DNA of 64,000 bases from a bacterium (GTDB taxonomy: Bacteria > SAR324 > NAC60-12), in assembly GCA_965233585.1 (NCBI GenBank), contig CBDDTI010000747.1:512001-576000 (forward strand), given 5' to 3'. Below the pieces are notes generated by a model. The model worked only from the letters and a program-made list of their open reading frames with translations. It made no database searches and had not been told where the DNA came from. Within the stretch, counting starts at the first letter, position 1. The number at the start of each line of letters is the position of its first letter. The position numbers and the translations under genes are program-made. Below are positions 30,232 through 40,176 of this stretch, in pieces.

Positions 30232-31158
30232 TTATTTTTGAGCTGTTTTTTTCAATTTTTGAGACATGTTTTGACCTCTTGGGTGTTTGTCGTGAAAGAC
30301 GGTGTCATAGTGAGGTCTGTTAATGTGAGCATACTGCATGGTTGCATCAAGGCTGACGTATCCGAACAGGGTACGAATGGTTGTCAAGTCCATACCTTGT
30401 TCAATGAGATGAGAGGCAAACGAATGTCTTAAAATACGTGGGTTAATCCGCTTTGTAATTCCTGCAGTTTGGGCGTGCCGCTTCACAATATTCCAAAAGC
30501 TCACACGGTGCAGTCTTTTACTCTGTTGAGAGACAAACAAACACTTGGAAGCAGAGCCTTTTAAATAATACTGCCTTGACCCTTCATTCAAATAGACTTC
30601 CAGACATTCTTTGGCTTTTTTACTGATGGGAACAAGACGCATTCGCTTTCCTTTAATTTTGGCAACTCCTTCTTCCAACAGGAGGTCATCTACATCAAGG
30701 TTGATGATTTCTTCTATTTTTGCACCAGTGGAATATGCAAACTCAAGCATGGCACGGTCTCGGATTCCCAAAAAATGATACTTGGGAGGTGCTTCTAGCA
30801 AGGCGATGACTTCCTTGGCAGACAGCACTTCAGGCAGTTCATATTCAATTTCAGGAAATTTGATGTTCCTCATCGGGTTGTATTGAACTGCTTGGATTTG
30901 CACTAGGAAGTGGAAGAAAAGTTTAAGTGATGAAAGGTGTCTTGCGACTGTTCTTGGCTTGCAGCGACTTTCTAAATCGTTCATGTATTTTTGAAGCATA
31001 GGCAGTGCAACATTGGCAACATCTGTTTTTGAGACGACTTGCCCTTCTCCTAGCCATTGTTCAAAATGAAAGAGGTCTAATTGATGACTTTCAATACTAT
31101 GATTTGAGTATTTTTTGATTTTCAAATATTGTATGAAGTCTGCAATCAGTTGTTTCAT
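30232..31158 (-). CDS. XerD-like tyrosine recombinase with atypical catalytic residues
   Basis: SAM-like N-domain (TVARHLSSLKLFF), LPEVLS...RDRAMLE, LRHSFASHL. Confidence 0.85.
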   Translation of the reverse strand: MKQLIADFIQYLKIKKYSNHSIESHQLDLFHFEQWLGEGQVVSKTDVANVALPMLQKYMNDLESRCKPRTVARHLSSLKLFFHFLVQIQAVQYNPMRNIKFPEIEYELPEVLSAKEVIALLEAPPKYHFLGIRDRAMLEFAYSTGAKIEEIINLDVDDLLLEEGVAKIKGKRMRLVPISKKAKECLEVYLNEGSRQYYLKGSASKCLFVSQQSKRLHRVSFWNIVKRHAQTAGITKRINPRILRHSFASHLIEQGMDLTTIRTLFGYVSLDATMQYAHINRPHYDTVFHDKHPRGQNMSQKLKKTAQK

Positions 31159-31242
31159 TTCACTTTATTTTAAGAGGAAGCAATTATAAGCGATTTTCGC
31201 TTTGAATCCAACCAAACAGTTCACCAACTTTAAGGCGTCTTC

Positions 31243-32577
31243 ATGGAGCATCTTCAACCTTATTTCTTCAATTTCTCTTCTGTGAGAGAAGCATCAAATC
31301 CAACCATTGGTGTTGAATATGAGTATTTTTTAATGCAAAACCAACAGACTCCCGTTGCGTTGGAAGGTGAGCATAGTCTTTATCAGCTGATTGAAGAATT
31401 GGGACAGGAGCTTGCCAAATTTGATGAAATTCAGCACATTTTGGAACAAAGCAGAGTGATTGGTTTGAAGGGGACAGATGGAAACGTGACCATTGAACCC
31501 GGTGGACAGCTGGAATTTTCAGGGAATCCTGTGAGCTTTGAAAACTTTTCTAATGCACCTACTTTACGTTTTTTGGCAGGACTTTATCGTGTTTTTGAGA
31601 GGCATCAAGTGAATCTATTGGCAGAAGGCACTCACCCTATGCTGACTTTAGAACAAATCCCCTTAGTTCACAAATCACGGTATCACATCATGTTCCCACA
31701 CATGCAAAAGGTTGGCACAAGAGGTCAGCAGATGATGAAAATGACCTCTAGTGTGCAAAGCAGTTTGGACTACTTCAGTCAAGAAGATTTACAACAGAAG
31801 TTTGTTTTGTGCAATCGTTTGTCTCCATTCTTGGCAGGTTTATTTGCAAATAGCCCATTGCTAGCAGGCTCTGCTTCTGGTTACAAATCCTTTCGTTACC
31901 ACATTTGGCGTGATACTGACAATTCAAGGGCTGGCTTACCAAAACCATTTTTGGAAGAATCTTTTCAGCTTGACGATTATATTCAGTGGGCATTAGACGC
32001 CTCCCCCTATTTTTTGGAGCTTGATGGTCAGTTTCAAGACACTCGCAATCAAACTTTTCGGCAGCTGCTACGTGATGAACTGGTGCAAAACCATTTATCC
32101 TCTGCATGGCAACAGCACTTAGCAATGTTGTTTCCTGAAGTGCGTTTGAAAACTTTTATTGAATTTCGTAGTTTTGATGCCATGCCTTTAGCCTTCATTG
32201 ATGCACCCCCTGTTTTGCTGGGATTACTCAATTATCACGAAGCTGTTTTTGAAAAAGCGTGGTCAATGCTGATGGAACTCAAGGCTGATGATTATGAAAC
32301 ATTTTGCCATGCGGCTGCCAAAGATGGCATGGTGGCAGAAGTTGGCGGGTTGCATTTGGGACGTTTGGCAAGGAGAATATACGAAATTGCTTTGGAACAT
32401 GCCCCCGTTCAACATGCCAAAACACTCATGCCCTACTTTGAAACATACACCAAAGATTTACGTTCTCCTGCCGATGAAGCACTCACACGTTACGAACGTT
32501 GCCAGCAGAATATTGAAAGTTATGTTTCAGAATGTTTTGAAAACAATCAGAAGTTTTTACAGTATTTGACTGAATAG
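31243..32577 (+). CDS. Glutamate--cysteine ligase (GCS2 family)
   Basis: IGVEYE, TIEPGGQLEFSG, LFANSP, FPEVRLKTFIEFRSFD. Confidence 0.9.
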   Translation: MEHLQPYFFNFSSVREASNPTIGVEYEYFLMQNQQTPVALEGEHSLYQLIEELGQELAKFDEIQHILEQSRVIGLKGTDGNVTIEPGGQLEFSGNPVSFENFSNAPTLRFLAGLYRVFERHQVNLLAEGTHPMLTLEQIPLVHKSRYHIMFPHMQKVGTRGQQMMKMTSSVQSSLDYFSQEDLQQKFVLCNRLSPFLAGLFANSPLLAGSASGYKSFRYHIWRDTDNSRAGLPKPFLEESFQLDDYIQWALDASPYFLELDGQFQDTRNQTFRQLLRDELVQNHLSSAWQQHLAMLFPEVRLKTFIEFRSFDAMPLAFIDAPPVLLGLLNYHEAVFEKAWSMLMELKADDYETFCHAAAKDGMVAEVGGLHLGRLARRIYEIALEHAPVQHAKTLMPYFETYTKDLRSPADEALTRYERCQQNIESYVSECFENNQKFLQYLTE

Positions 32578-32586
32578 GATTGAAAC

Positions 32587-33018
32587 ATGACTAAAAACCC
32601 TATTTTTTCAAAAGACCTTCAGTTCTTGCTTCAAAAAAAAATTGAGTTGCTTCGTCAGTGGTTTGAGCTGGCACAACGGCAATTTACCTCCATAGATTCC
32701 TCAAGTTTAGCAACCATTTTGCGTCAAAAAGATGACATCATTCAGCAGTTGGAACAAACAGACAATGCTTTGAGCTACTGGCATACAGAGCATTCAAGAC
32801 GTTACACGGAGTCTGAGGAGAAGCTATTGTCAGGCATTGAACAGGCATTGCAAAACATTTCTCAAAGCGAGGAGCAATTTCAAGGTCATTTGCAAAAGCA
32901 ACTTCATCAAGTGTCAGGGGAGTTGCAACGTCTTTCGCAACAAGAACAAGCAAGACGTTATTTCAAAACCCAAGCAAAAGCTGGGAAGGTTGGGAGACTC
33001 TTACGGCTCAAACAATAA
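32587..33018 (+). CDS. Coiled-coil protein, FlgN/FliT-like
   Basis: Helical 143-aa protein with weak resemblance to flagellar export chaperones. Confidence 0.4.
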   Translation: MTKNPIFSKDLQFLLQKKIELLRQWFELAQRQFTSIDSSSLATILRQKDDIIQQLEQTDNALSYWHTEHSRRYTESEEKLLSGIEQALQNISQSEEQFQGHLQKQLHQVSGELQRLSQQEQARRYFKTQAKAGKVGRLLRLKQ

Positions 33019-33034
33019 TTTTATCAATCACTCC

Positions 33035-33862
33035 ATGTCTCTTTCAGGCTATCAAGTAGAATCGTTTTTGAATGAATTGCGTCAAATTTGGGGATTGCGT
33101 ACGAATGTTCCTGCATACTATGAACCTTCTACTATTTCTCAAGAAGGGAGGGTCTGGAGTCAAAACATGCCTAAACGAATCCCTTATACATTGCAAGAGA
33201 CGCAAGAGACGTGGATTGCCCCAAACCAAATTATTGAATTGATTGGTGATACGACTCCTTACGACCCAATCATAGAATGGGAGCGTCAAAGGCGTGCAGG
33301 GTTGTTTGTCAATCCTGTTTACGTCCCAGAAAATCCACCCCCTGCTTTTTCTCTTATTCATGCTCCAGAAATTCAAGCGAACGAGCCTAAATATCAAACA
33401 GAGTCATTGCCTGCTCAAACCCAATTATCTGAGCATCATCAGCTCCCTGCCCAAGAGACTCTGCCCGTTACGAAACCTCAAACTGAAGTCCCTCAACAAA
33501 ATGAAATGTTGCAAGAGCCTGTGGACTTGGAGGAGGATTTTCAAATAGATGAAAAGTCTGAGTCCAGTCAAGAGCAAATGGATGCTGATGTCATCTACGG
33601 TCATGGGAGAATTACAGAAGAAGCCACCATTTCATTTTTGAAAAATTACCCTGACAGTGCATTAAAATTCTTGTTTAGTAGGGAACTAGACGGTAAGGCA
33701 TTGAACCAAACAACATTGAAAATTCATGTGCATTGGCAAAAACGCGGGCTTTCTAAACAAAAACTTTACCACTACATTTGCGATATGATGAACTGGGAAA
33801 AGATTCCTAAACTAGACATTGCTGAACTGTTTTCTCAAATTCAAGATACTGTGCTAGATTGA
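33035..33862 (+). CDS. Hypothetical protein
   Basis: Long ORF; likely start at ATG 33035 after the upstream stop. Confidence 0.6.
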   Translation: MSLSGYQVESFLNELRQIWGLRTNVPAYYEPSTISQEGRVWSQNMPKRIPYTLQETQETWIAPNQIIELIGDTTPYDPIIEWERQRRAGLFVNPVYVPENPPPAFSLIHAPEIQANEPKYQTESLPAQTQLSEHHQLPAQETLPVTKPQTEVPQQNEMLQEPVDLEEDFQIDEKSESSQEQMDADVIYGHGRITEEATISFLKNYPDSALKFLFSRELDGKALNQTTLKIHVHWQKRGLSKQKLYHYICDMMNWEKIPKLDIAELFSQIQDTVLD

Positions 33863-33889
33863 TTTGACAACCTATTTTCTAAATTTATT

Positions 33890-34324
33890 ATGGTACAAGC
33901 TCAAACTCTCAAACCTTTAAGAATTTTAGTGGTTGATGACGATGACAATGTGAGGTTACTTTTGCAGAGGTCATTAACCGATGCAGGTCATTATGTGAGT
34001 ATTGAACCAGATGGAGAGTCTGCCTTAGCCGCACTTGAAAGAAGCTACTTTCAAGTCGTGTTGACTGATATTTGCATGCCTGAAATTGACGGAATCACCT
34101 TGCTAAATGACATTAAATCATACAATCCTCTGATTCAAGTCTATATTATGAGTGCCTTTAGCAACTCTGAATATGTCATACAATGTATGAGGGGAGGAGC
34201 TTATGATTATTTTGAAAAACCTATCGTCATAGAACGAGTGCTTGAGGCAATCCAAGAGGCATCTTTGAGGGCGTCAAGGTGGGATTCCTTACTTTCCAAA
34301 TATTTGATGAATCCAAAAACTTAG
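33890..34324 (+). CDS. Single-domain response regulator (receiver)
   Basis: ILVVDDD, TDICMPEIDG, GAYDYFEKP. Confidence 0.92.
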   Translation: MVQAQTLKPLRILVVDDDDNVRLLLQRSLTDAGHYVSIEPDGESALAALERSYFQVVLTDICMPEIDGITLLNDIKSYNPLIQVYIMSAFSNSEYVIQCMRGGAYDYFEKPIVIERVLEAIQEASLRASRWDSLLSKYLMNPKT

Positions 34325-34347
34325 AAATTATCAAAAGATTGTCAGAC

Positions 34348-35397
34348 CTAATGAGGCTTCCAAATCAGTCCTTTGAGTAGAATCAAACTAAATAGCAAAT
34401 TGGCGCCCCATGCCCCCATAAAAGGAGAAAGGTCGCCAGACTTGCCAAGAGCAAACAACGTTTGGTTCAATATCCAAAATAACAGACCCAAAACCAAACT
34501 GATGGCAATGTTCTCTCCTGATTTTTGTTGTCTGTGATGAGACACACCCAAGATTGTTCCAATGCCAATCATCATCAAGACTGAAACAGGATAAGCTAAC
34601 TTATAGTGGAGTTCTGACTCCATCGCTGTTGAAGTCAGACCCAAGTTTTGTCTCTCTATGAGTTGTTGATAAAGCTCAAAAAAAGGCACATGGTGGTATT
34701 GCTGGTTGATCTGTTTCCCAATCCAGTCTAATTGTTCCATACTATTTTGCTCTTGCTTGGCGTATTGGTAGCCTATGGCTTTGTCAAAAAATTGACGACG
34801 ATACACTTCTTGTAAAAACCATTGGTCATCAAGACGTTGCCCACGTTGTGCAGAAATCGTCTCTAAAGGTGCATAAGAGTCTGGGTCCCAAGTGAAATAT
34901 TGAAGCGATTCTACAAACTCAAGAGAACTGGGACGTGTTCCAAAATAATAGACAGAGTTGAGTCCCAACTGCCAAGAATCTTCAAAGGTGTCTTCTTCTA
35001 CAATTCCTAAATGCTTGTCAAGCACAGGTTGAACATAATTTTGCACAAAATACATCATCAAGGCGATTCCAATCCCAATCAACAAAGCGGGTCTGCAAAG
35101 CCTCCAAATTCCCATCGTCGCAGATTGCATGGCAACTATTTCTGAAAAACGGCTTAAACTCCCAAATGTTGCGATTGCCGAAAGTAAGACGGTTAAAGGG
35201 ACAACTGACTCCAAGAAAAAGGGAATGAGCAAGGCGGTTTCCTTCAAAAAAAGAATCAGCTCTTCCCCTCCTGAAAAAGTCTCTTTGAGATGACCAAAAA
35301 AAATGGAAAACAAGGTAATAGATAAAAAAGTCGTTAAAAGCAAAGCAAAAAATTTGGTAAAATCTTTTGCAATGTATTTTGATAAAATCGTCATCAA
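34348..35397 (-). CDS. LptF/LptG family LPS export permease
   Basis: ILSKYIAK, LSRFSEIVAM, KLAYP, SPFMGAWGAN. Confidence 0.88.
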   Translation of the reverse strand: MMTILSKYIAKDFTKFFALLLTTFLSITLFSIFFGHLKETFSGGEELILFLKETALLIPFFLESVVPLTVLLSAIATFGSLSRFSEIVAMQSATMGIWRLCRPALLIGIGIALMMYFVQNYVQPVLDKHLGIVEEDTFEDSWQLGLNSVYYFGTRPSSLEFVESLQYFTWDPDSYAPLETISAQRGQRLDDQWFLQEVYRRQFFDKAIGYQYAKQEQNSMEQLDWIGKQINQQYHHVPFFELYQQLIERQNLGLTSTAMESELHYKLAYPVSVLMMIGIGTILGVSHHRQQKSGENIAISLVLGLLFWILNQTLFALGKSGDLSPFMGAWGANLLFSLILLKGLIWKPH

Positions 35398-35501
35398 TTC
35401 ACCTATTCAAACAGATAAAAGTTTGCTTGCTATCAACAAATGTATAAGATATAGTTTTAGAAGCTGAAATTTTTCTTAACTTACTGCTCATTCCAGATAC
35501 G

Positions 35502-37682
35502 ATGCCACAGACTGTTCTGGTTCTTGAAGAAAGCCAAATTGTTCAAAATCTCATTGCACAAACGTTGAAACGTCATGATTTGGAGACTCATCAAGAACTT
35601 AATCCCCAAAAATTCTCTGATGCTCTTGCAGTTGGAGACCAAGTCCTTGTTCTCATAGACCTCAAACATTATTCTAAAATACAAACGTTATTAAGCTCAA
35701 GTATGCCTGCTGTGGCATTGCTAGATGCCAAGTCTCAAGTGGACAAACAAACGCTTCTTGACATGGGTTTTAAAGGGTGGCTTCGCCGTCCATTTGAGGC
35801 AAAAGACTTGATGAGCCAGATTCGTCTTGCATTGCCCGACCTCCATGCTCATTCGTCTGAAACTCTTTATGAAGAAGCATGCGAAACGCAAGATGTTGCA
35901 GGCGATGAGAAAAGCCTCATTCACAACCTCTTCTATGACCATTCGGAGACATCGCAGAAAGAGTTTGAAACCTTGAATCTTGAAGAAGTGCCAGATTTTG
36001 AAGATGACACGCTTTGTTTGGATAGCGAAGCATTAGAAGATGAACCTCAACTGGATTTTAGGGTGCCAGAATCCAACGAAGTATCGGAAGGTTTAGAGTT
36101 AGATGAGACATTCTCTGACAATTTTGGGACAGATGAAGGTCAAGATATTTTCAATGAAGAGGAGGAAGGTTTGGAGTTAGATGAGACATTCTCTGACAAT
36201 TTTGGAACAGATGAAAGTCAAGATGCTTTCAGTGAAAAAGAAGAAGGTTTGGAGTTAGATGAGACATTCTCTGACAATTTTGGAACAGATGAAAGTCAAG
36301 ATGCTTTCAGTGAAAAAGAAGAAGGTTTGGAATTGGACGAGATGCTTTCTGGCAATTTTGGGGCTGGGGACGAAGAAGACTTACCACAGTTTGATGCCTC
36401 CTCAAGTGAGACGTCACAATTTGAAAATGACATTCAGAGTTCAGTCATTGACGACTCAAATTCTGATTTAAATACCGATACCGATACAGAAGGTGACTTG
36501 TCAGATTTATTTGCAGAGAAAGAACACGGAATGCCTGATGCGATTCGCAAACACAGAGAAATGTCATTTGCTGGTAGCTCTTTGTTTCAAGCACATATTC
36601 CAGAAAAACAAAAGTTAAATCACGGTCTCACAGACATTAAATTGGGGCTGAATGACTTTGAATCAGAAATCAGCATTGATGATTACGACCCAGAACAAGT
36701 GCAATATCTCCGTAGAAGTGTCATGGATATTGTCCTCAATGCCAATGATTTTGACCCAGAAGTCCCTGATATTCCAGAAGAACAAAGTGAGTCTAGCATA
36801 CTAGAAATGGACTCTATGCTTTTGGAACTTGATGAAGATGAAAAATATGCAAACAGGGAATCCCAAAAAGAATCTTTGGAACAGCAAGTCGCAGATTTTG
36901 ATGATTTTGCAAGCCCCCCTGAACCAATGGAAGTTGGAGTTTTTGCCGAAGCAGAACCTTTTGGGTCTTTGAGCGATGAAGTGGAAATCAATATGCAACC
37001 TCAGGCGATGGCAAATTTTTCTCAAGAAGATGACATCAAACATTTGGAAAAGCAGATGCTAGACATGGAGCAAGGTAGCGACGTCCCAACCATAGACTTT
37101 GAAGAAGATGAAGAGTTTGACTTTGGAACAAGCCAACTAGATATTTCAGTGTCTGAAGAAAAGTCTGATGAAGAAGTCAATTTTGATGGCATCAATCCAG
37201 CTGAAACAGAGTCTTTGTCAATGTCTGCTGATGAATTGACTGATGACTTTTTTGAAGGTTCACAACAACTTGAACCTGAAAGTGAAGACGTAACAGACCC
37301 CAGTTTTGGGGTAGATTTTGAAATGCCGAGCAGTTTTGATGAGCAACCAGAGGATTCTGATGAAGTCAGTGGCACTGATGTCAATTTTGGTCAAGGTAGT
37401 GATGCCTTTGCCACAATGAACAGTTTTGATGAACAACCAGAGGCTGATGATGATGAGCTGTCTGTTGGTCTCCATCAAGAAGAAAGTCCCAGATTAGAGC
37501 TTGAGTCCCAAGATTTTCAAAATCCAGAAGCCAATCAATTCATTTTCCAGCCCAATACAAAAGGTTCGTTGGAAACAGCCTTGCAAAGTATGATCTCAAA
37601 CTCTGTGCAACAAGCCTTAAAAGATATGACTCCGCAACTTGTTGAACAAATTGCCAATCAGCTTAACTCACAAAAGGATTAG
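35502..37682 (+). CDS. Receiver domain plus long acidic linker plus C-terminal helix (RomR-like)
   Basis: N-terminal atypical REC domain; about 550 aa D/E-rich disordered region; C-terminal ALKDMTPQLVEQIANQL. Confidence 0.6.
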   Translation: MPQTVLVLEESQIVQNLIAQTLKRHDLETHQELNPQKFSDALAVGDQVLVLIDLKHYSKIQTLLSSSMPAVALLDAKSQVDKQTLLDMGFKGWLRRPFEAKDLMSQIRLALPDLHAHSSETLYEEACETQDVAGDEKSLIHNLFYDHSETSQKEFETLNLEEVPDFEDDTLCLDSEALEDEPQLDFRVPESNEVSEGLELDETFSDNFGTDEGQDIFNEEEEGLELDETFSDNFGTDESQDAFSEKEEGLELDETFSDNFGTDESQDAFSEKEEGLELDEMLSGNFGAGDEEDLPQFDASSSETSQFENDIQSSVIDDSNSDLNTDTDTEGDLSDLFAEKEHGMPDAIRKHREMSFAGSSLFQAHIPEKQKLNHGLTDIKLGLNDFESEISIDDYDPEQVQYLRRSVMDIVLNANDFDPEVPDIPEEQSESSILEMDSMLLELDEDEKYANRESQKESLEQQVADFDDFASPPEPMEVGVFAEAEPFGSLSDEVEINMQPQAMANFSQEDDIKHLEKQMLDMEQGSDVPTIDFEEDEEFDFGTSQLDISVSEEKSDEEVNFDGINPAETESLSMSADELTDDFFEGSQQLEPESEDVTDPSFGVDFEMPSSFDEQPEDSDEVSGTDVNFGQGSDAFATMNSFDEQPEADDDELSVGLHQEESPRLELESQDFQNPEANQFIFQPNTKGSLETALQSMISNSVQQALKDMTPQLVEQIANQLNSQKD
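36087..36362 (+). repeat. 78-bp (26 aa) intragenic tandem repeat, about 3.5 copies
   Basis: EGLELDETFSDNFGTDE(G/S)QD.. units starting at 36087, 36165, 36243, 36321. Confidence 0.9.
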
Positions 37683-39141
37683 TTTGGACATTCCATCTCT
37701 TTCTGACCCGCAAAAAGCGGCACAAACCATCTTTGAGCAACGTCTGGGAATCAGCGAACAGCTCATACGCAAAACCTTACAAACTGCCCTAAGTAGCTCT
37801 GGGAGCTTCGCAGAACTGTATTTTCAATACACACTTTCTGAATCTGTTGTTTTAGAAGAAAACCTTGTCAAGAGTTCATCTCAATCATTGGCAATGGGAG
37901 TGGGTATTAGAGTTTTGAAAGGAGAACAGACAGGTTATGCCTATTCTGAATCTTTTGATGAACGTTCTATGCAGAAAGCGGCATCAAGTGCGGCACAAAT
38001 TGCGTCAGGTGGACGTGTCAACCTTGATGATGCACAAATCTTTAATCAATCTGTCCCTAAAAACTATTACTCTGTTCAGCAGACCATTCACGACCTTCAA
38101 CTTGCTGAAAAGATTCGTTACTTGCGAATCATGGAACAAGAAGCACAGGCGTTTGATGAGCGGATTACAAAAATCACTGCCACTTTTTCCAATTCTCTTG
38201 AGTTCATACAAATTGTCAACTCCAATGGTCTATTTCTGCGAGATTCCAAGCCGATGTTTCGCATGTATGCACAATGCCTTGCACAAGAAAAAGACAATAG
38301 GCAGGTTGCAGGTTCGGGGGTTGGGGGACGCGTGGGATTAGACTTTCTCCAACAAAAAGATCATGCGATTCAGATTGCCAAAGAAGCCGCAAGTCGTGCA
38401 ACTCTGCTACTGGAAGCACAACAAGCCCCATCAGGGACGTTGCCTGTGGTACTTGGGGCAGGACAATCAGGAATCCTTTTGCATGAGGCAATCGGACACC
38501 CTCTTGAAGCTGATTTTAACCGAAAAGGTTCGTCTGCATACAGTGGAAGAATTGGAGAAAAAGTGGCATCAGACCTTTGTACAATCTATGATTCAGGGCA
38601 ATTTGAATACGATAGGGGGGCTATCAATTTTGATGACGAAGGCAACTTCCCCAAAGAAACGGTACTTATTGAAAATGGTATCCTCAGAGGATACATGCAA
38701 GACCACATCAGCGCACAAAGCTATCAAGTCAAGCCTTCAGGAAATGGAAGACGAGAATCCTTTGCCCACTATCCTTTGCCCCGAATGACAACAACCTATC
38801 TGAATGCAGGTAAATCTGACCCTGATGAAATCATTGCCAGTGTGGAAAAAGGTGTCTACTGTGAATCTTTTAGTGGCGGACAGGTGAATATTTCCAATGG
38901 AGATTTTGTTTTTGTGCCTGTCATTGCTTATATGATTGAACAAGGTAAGAAGACAGTCCCCATTAAAAATTTTACCTTAATAGGCAATGGACCTGATGTG
39001 ATGACCAAGCTGGTCATGGCAGGAAATGACTTTAAACTCAGTGAAGGGATTTGGACGTGTGGCAAAGATGGACAAGGTGTCCCTGTGGGTGTTGGGCTAC
39101 CTACTGTTTTGATCTCAGAAATGACGATTGGGGGCGCCTAA
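37639..39141 (+). CDS. tldD: TldD metalloprotease
   Basis: GVGIRV, LLHEAIGHPLEADFNRKG, GNGRRES, PRMT, CGKDGQGVPVGVG; exact start uncertain. Confidence 0.93.
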   Translation: MLNKLPISLTHKRISLDIPSLSDPQKAAQTIFEQRLGISEQLIRKTLQTALSSSGSFAELYFQYTLSESVVLEENLVKSSSQSLAMGVGIRVLKGEQTGYAYSESFDERSMQKAASSAAQIASGGRVNLDDAQIFNQSVPKNYYSVQQTIHDLQLAEKIRYLRIMEQEAQAFDERITKITATFSNSLEFIQIVNSNGLFLRDSKPMFRMYAQCLAQEKDNRQVAGSGVGGRVGLDFLQQKDHAIQIAKEAASRATLLLEAQQAPSGTLPVVLGAGQSGILLHEAIGHPLEADFNRKGSSAYSGRIGEKVASDLCTIYDSGQFEYDRGAINFDDEGNFPKETVLIENGILRGYMQDHISAQSYQVKPSGNGRRESFAHYPLPRMTTTYLNAGKSDPDEIIASVEKGVYCESFSGGQVNISNGDFVFVPVIAYMIEQGKKTVPIKNFTLIGNGPDVMTKLVMAGNDFKLSEGIWTCGKDGQGVPVGVGLPTVLISEMTIGGA

Positions 39142-39148
39142 AAACAGT

Positions 39149-39856
39149 ATGCAAACCATAGCAGAGTTGAATTTAGAGACTCGCATCAGGCAAAATGAAT
39201 ATACAGGTCGTGGTATTGTCATTGGCAGAAATTCTCAAGGACATTGGGTTCAAATTTACTGGATCTCAGGTAGGAGTTCAAATAGCCACAACCGTTGTCT
39301 AGTTGCCGAAGGGAGTGATTTACACGTCCAAACCATTAAACCCGAGATTGAACGTCCAGACTTGTTAGTTTATCGTGCTATGAGGGAGTCGGGGAGGCGT
39401 TACATCGTGTCAAATGGTCAGCACACTGACGCCATTTTTGAATCTGTGAAGGCTGGGAAGACAGTCGGAACAGGTCTTAAAAGATTTCAATATGAAGATG
39501 ACGAACCTCATTTTACACCGCGTATCGCAGGCTATTTGGATTGGTCTGGGTCAGAACCACTGTTGATGTTGGTCATTCTTAAAAAACACCCTCAATCCTC
39601 TGTATTGTTAAGGCAATTTTTTCTCTATGACAGTGTTCCATTAGGCTATGGCTATTGCCTCACCACCTATCAAGAAAATAGCAATCCTCTTGCTTCTTTT
39701 GAAGGCGAACCCTTTCTTGTGCCACTTTCAGGGGACGCTAACAGCATCTTGAAACAATATTGGCAGGCACTCAATCCAACTACAAAAATTGCTCTTGCTA
39801 CCAAAACAATAGACTCACAAAGTCAGTCTTCAATTTTCATTGAGAATAAATATTGA
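39149..39856 (+). CDS. IMP cyclohydrolase-like protein (PurO/Ntn-hydrolase type)
   Basis: YTGRGIVIG, YWISGRSSNSHNR, IVSNGQHTD, YEDDEPHFTPRIAG. Confidence 0.8.
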   Translation: MQTIAELNLETRIRQNEYTGRGIVIGRNSQGHWVQIYWISGRSSNSHNRCLVAEGSDLHVQTIKPEIERPDLLVYRAMRESGRRYIVSNGQHTDAIFESVKAGKTVGTGLKRFQYEDDEPHFTPRIAGYLDWSGSEPLLMLVILKKHPQSSVLLRQFFLYDSVPLGYGYCLTTYQENSNPLASFEGEPFLVPLSGDANSILKQYWQALNPTTKIALATKTIDSQSQSSIFIENKY

Positions 39857-39912
39857 CTCTCGCTTGTCTTTTGAGTTCTTTTATTCTACACTAACAGGTT
39901 CGTTTCTTCATT

Positions 39913-39986
39913 GGCGATGTGGCCGAGCGGTTAGGCAGAGGTCTGCAAAACCTTCTACACCGGTTCAAATCCGGTCGTCGCCTCCA
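39913..39986 (+). tRNA. tRNA-Cys (GCA)
   Basis: GGCGATG...CGTCGCC acceptor stem, anticodon loop CTGCAAA, GGTTCAAATCC T-arm, encoded CCA. Confidence 0.95.
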
Positions 39987-40001
39987 CACTTCAACTTTTC
40001 T

Positions 40002-40085
40002 GCCCGGGTGGCGAAATTGGTAGACGCACAGGACTTAAAATCCTGTGTCCGCAAGGGCGTGCCGGTTCGATTCCGGCCCCGGGTA
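40002..40085 (+). tRNA. tRNA-Leu (TAA)
   Basis: GCCCGGG...CCCGGGT acceptor stem, CAGGA-CTTAAAA-TCCTG anticodon arm, long variable arm, GGTTCGATTCC; no encoded CCA. Confidence 0.95.
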
Positions 40086-40176
40086 GTTTCAGCCAAGATT
40101 CCCCAACAAAAAATAGTGGACACAGGCAGGATTGAGCAGAATCATAGTTGAAGTAGCACAGCATAAGTGCATCAGG

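Noticed and set aside
29431..31158. Integrative element or prophage suggested by recombinase plus ParA
   Set aside because: The recombinase is Xer-like, the flanks are housekeeping genes with host-like composition, and no att sites or phage/plasmid genes are seen.
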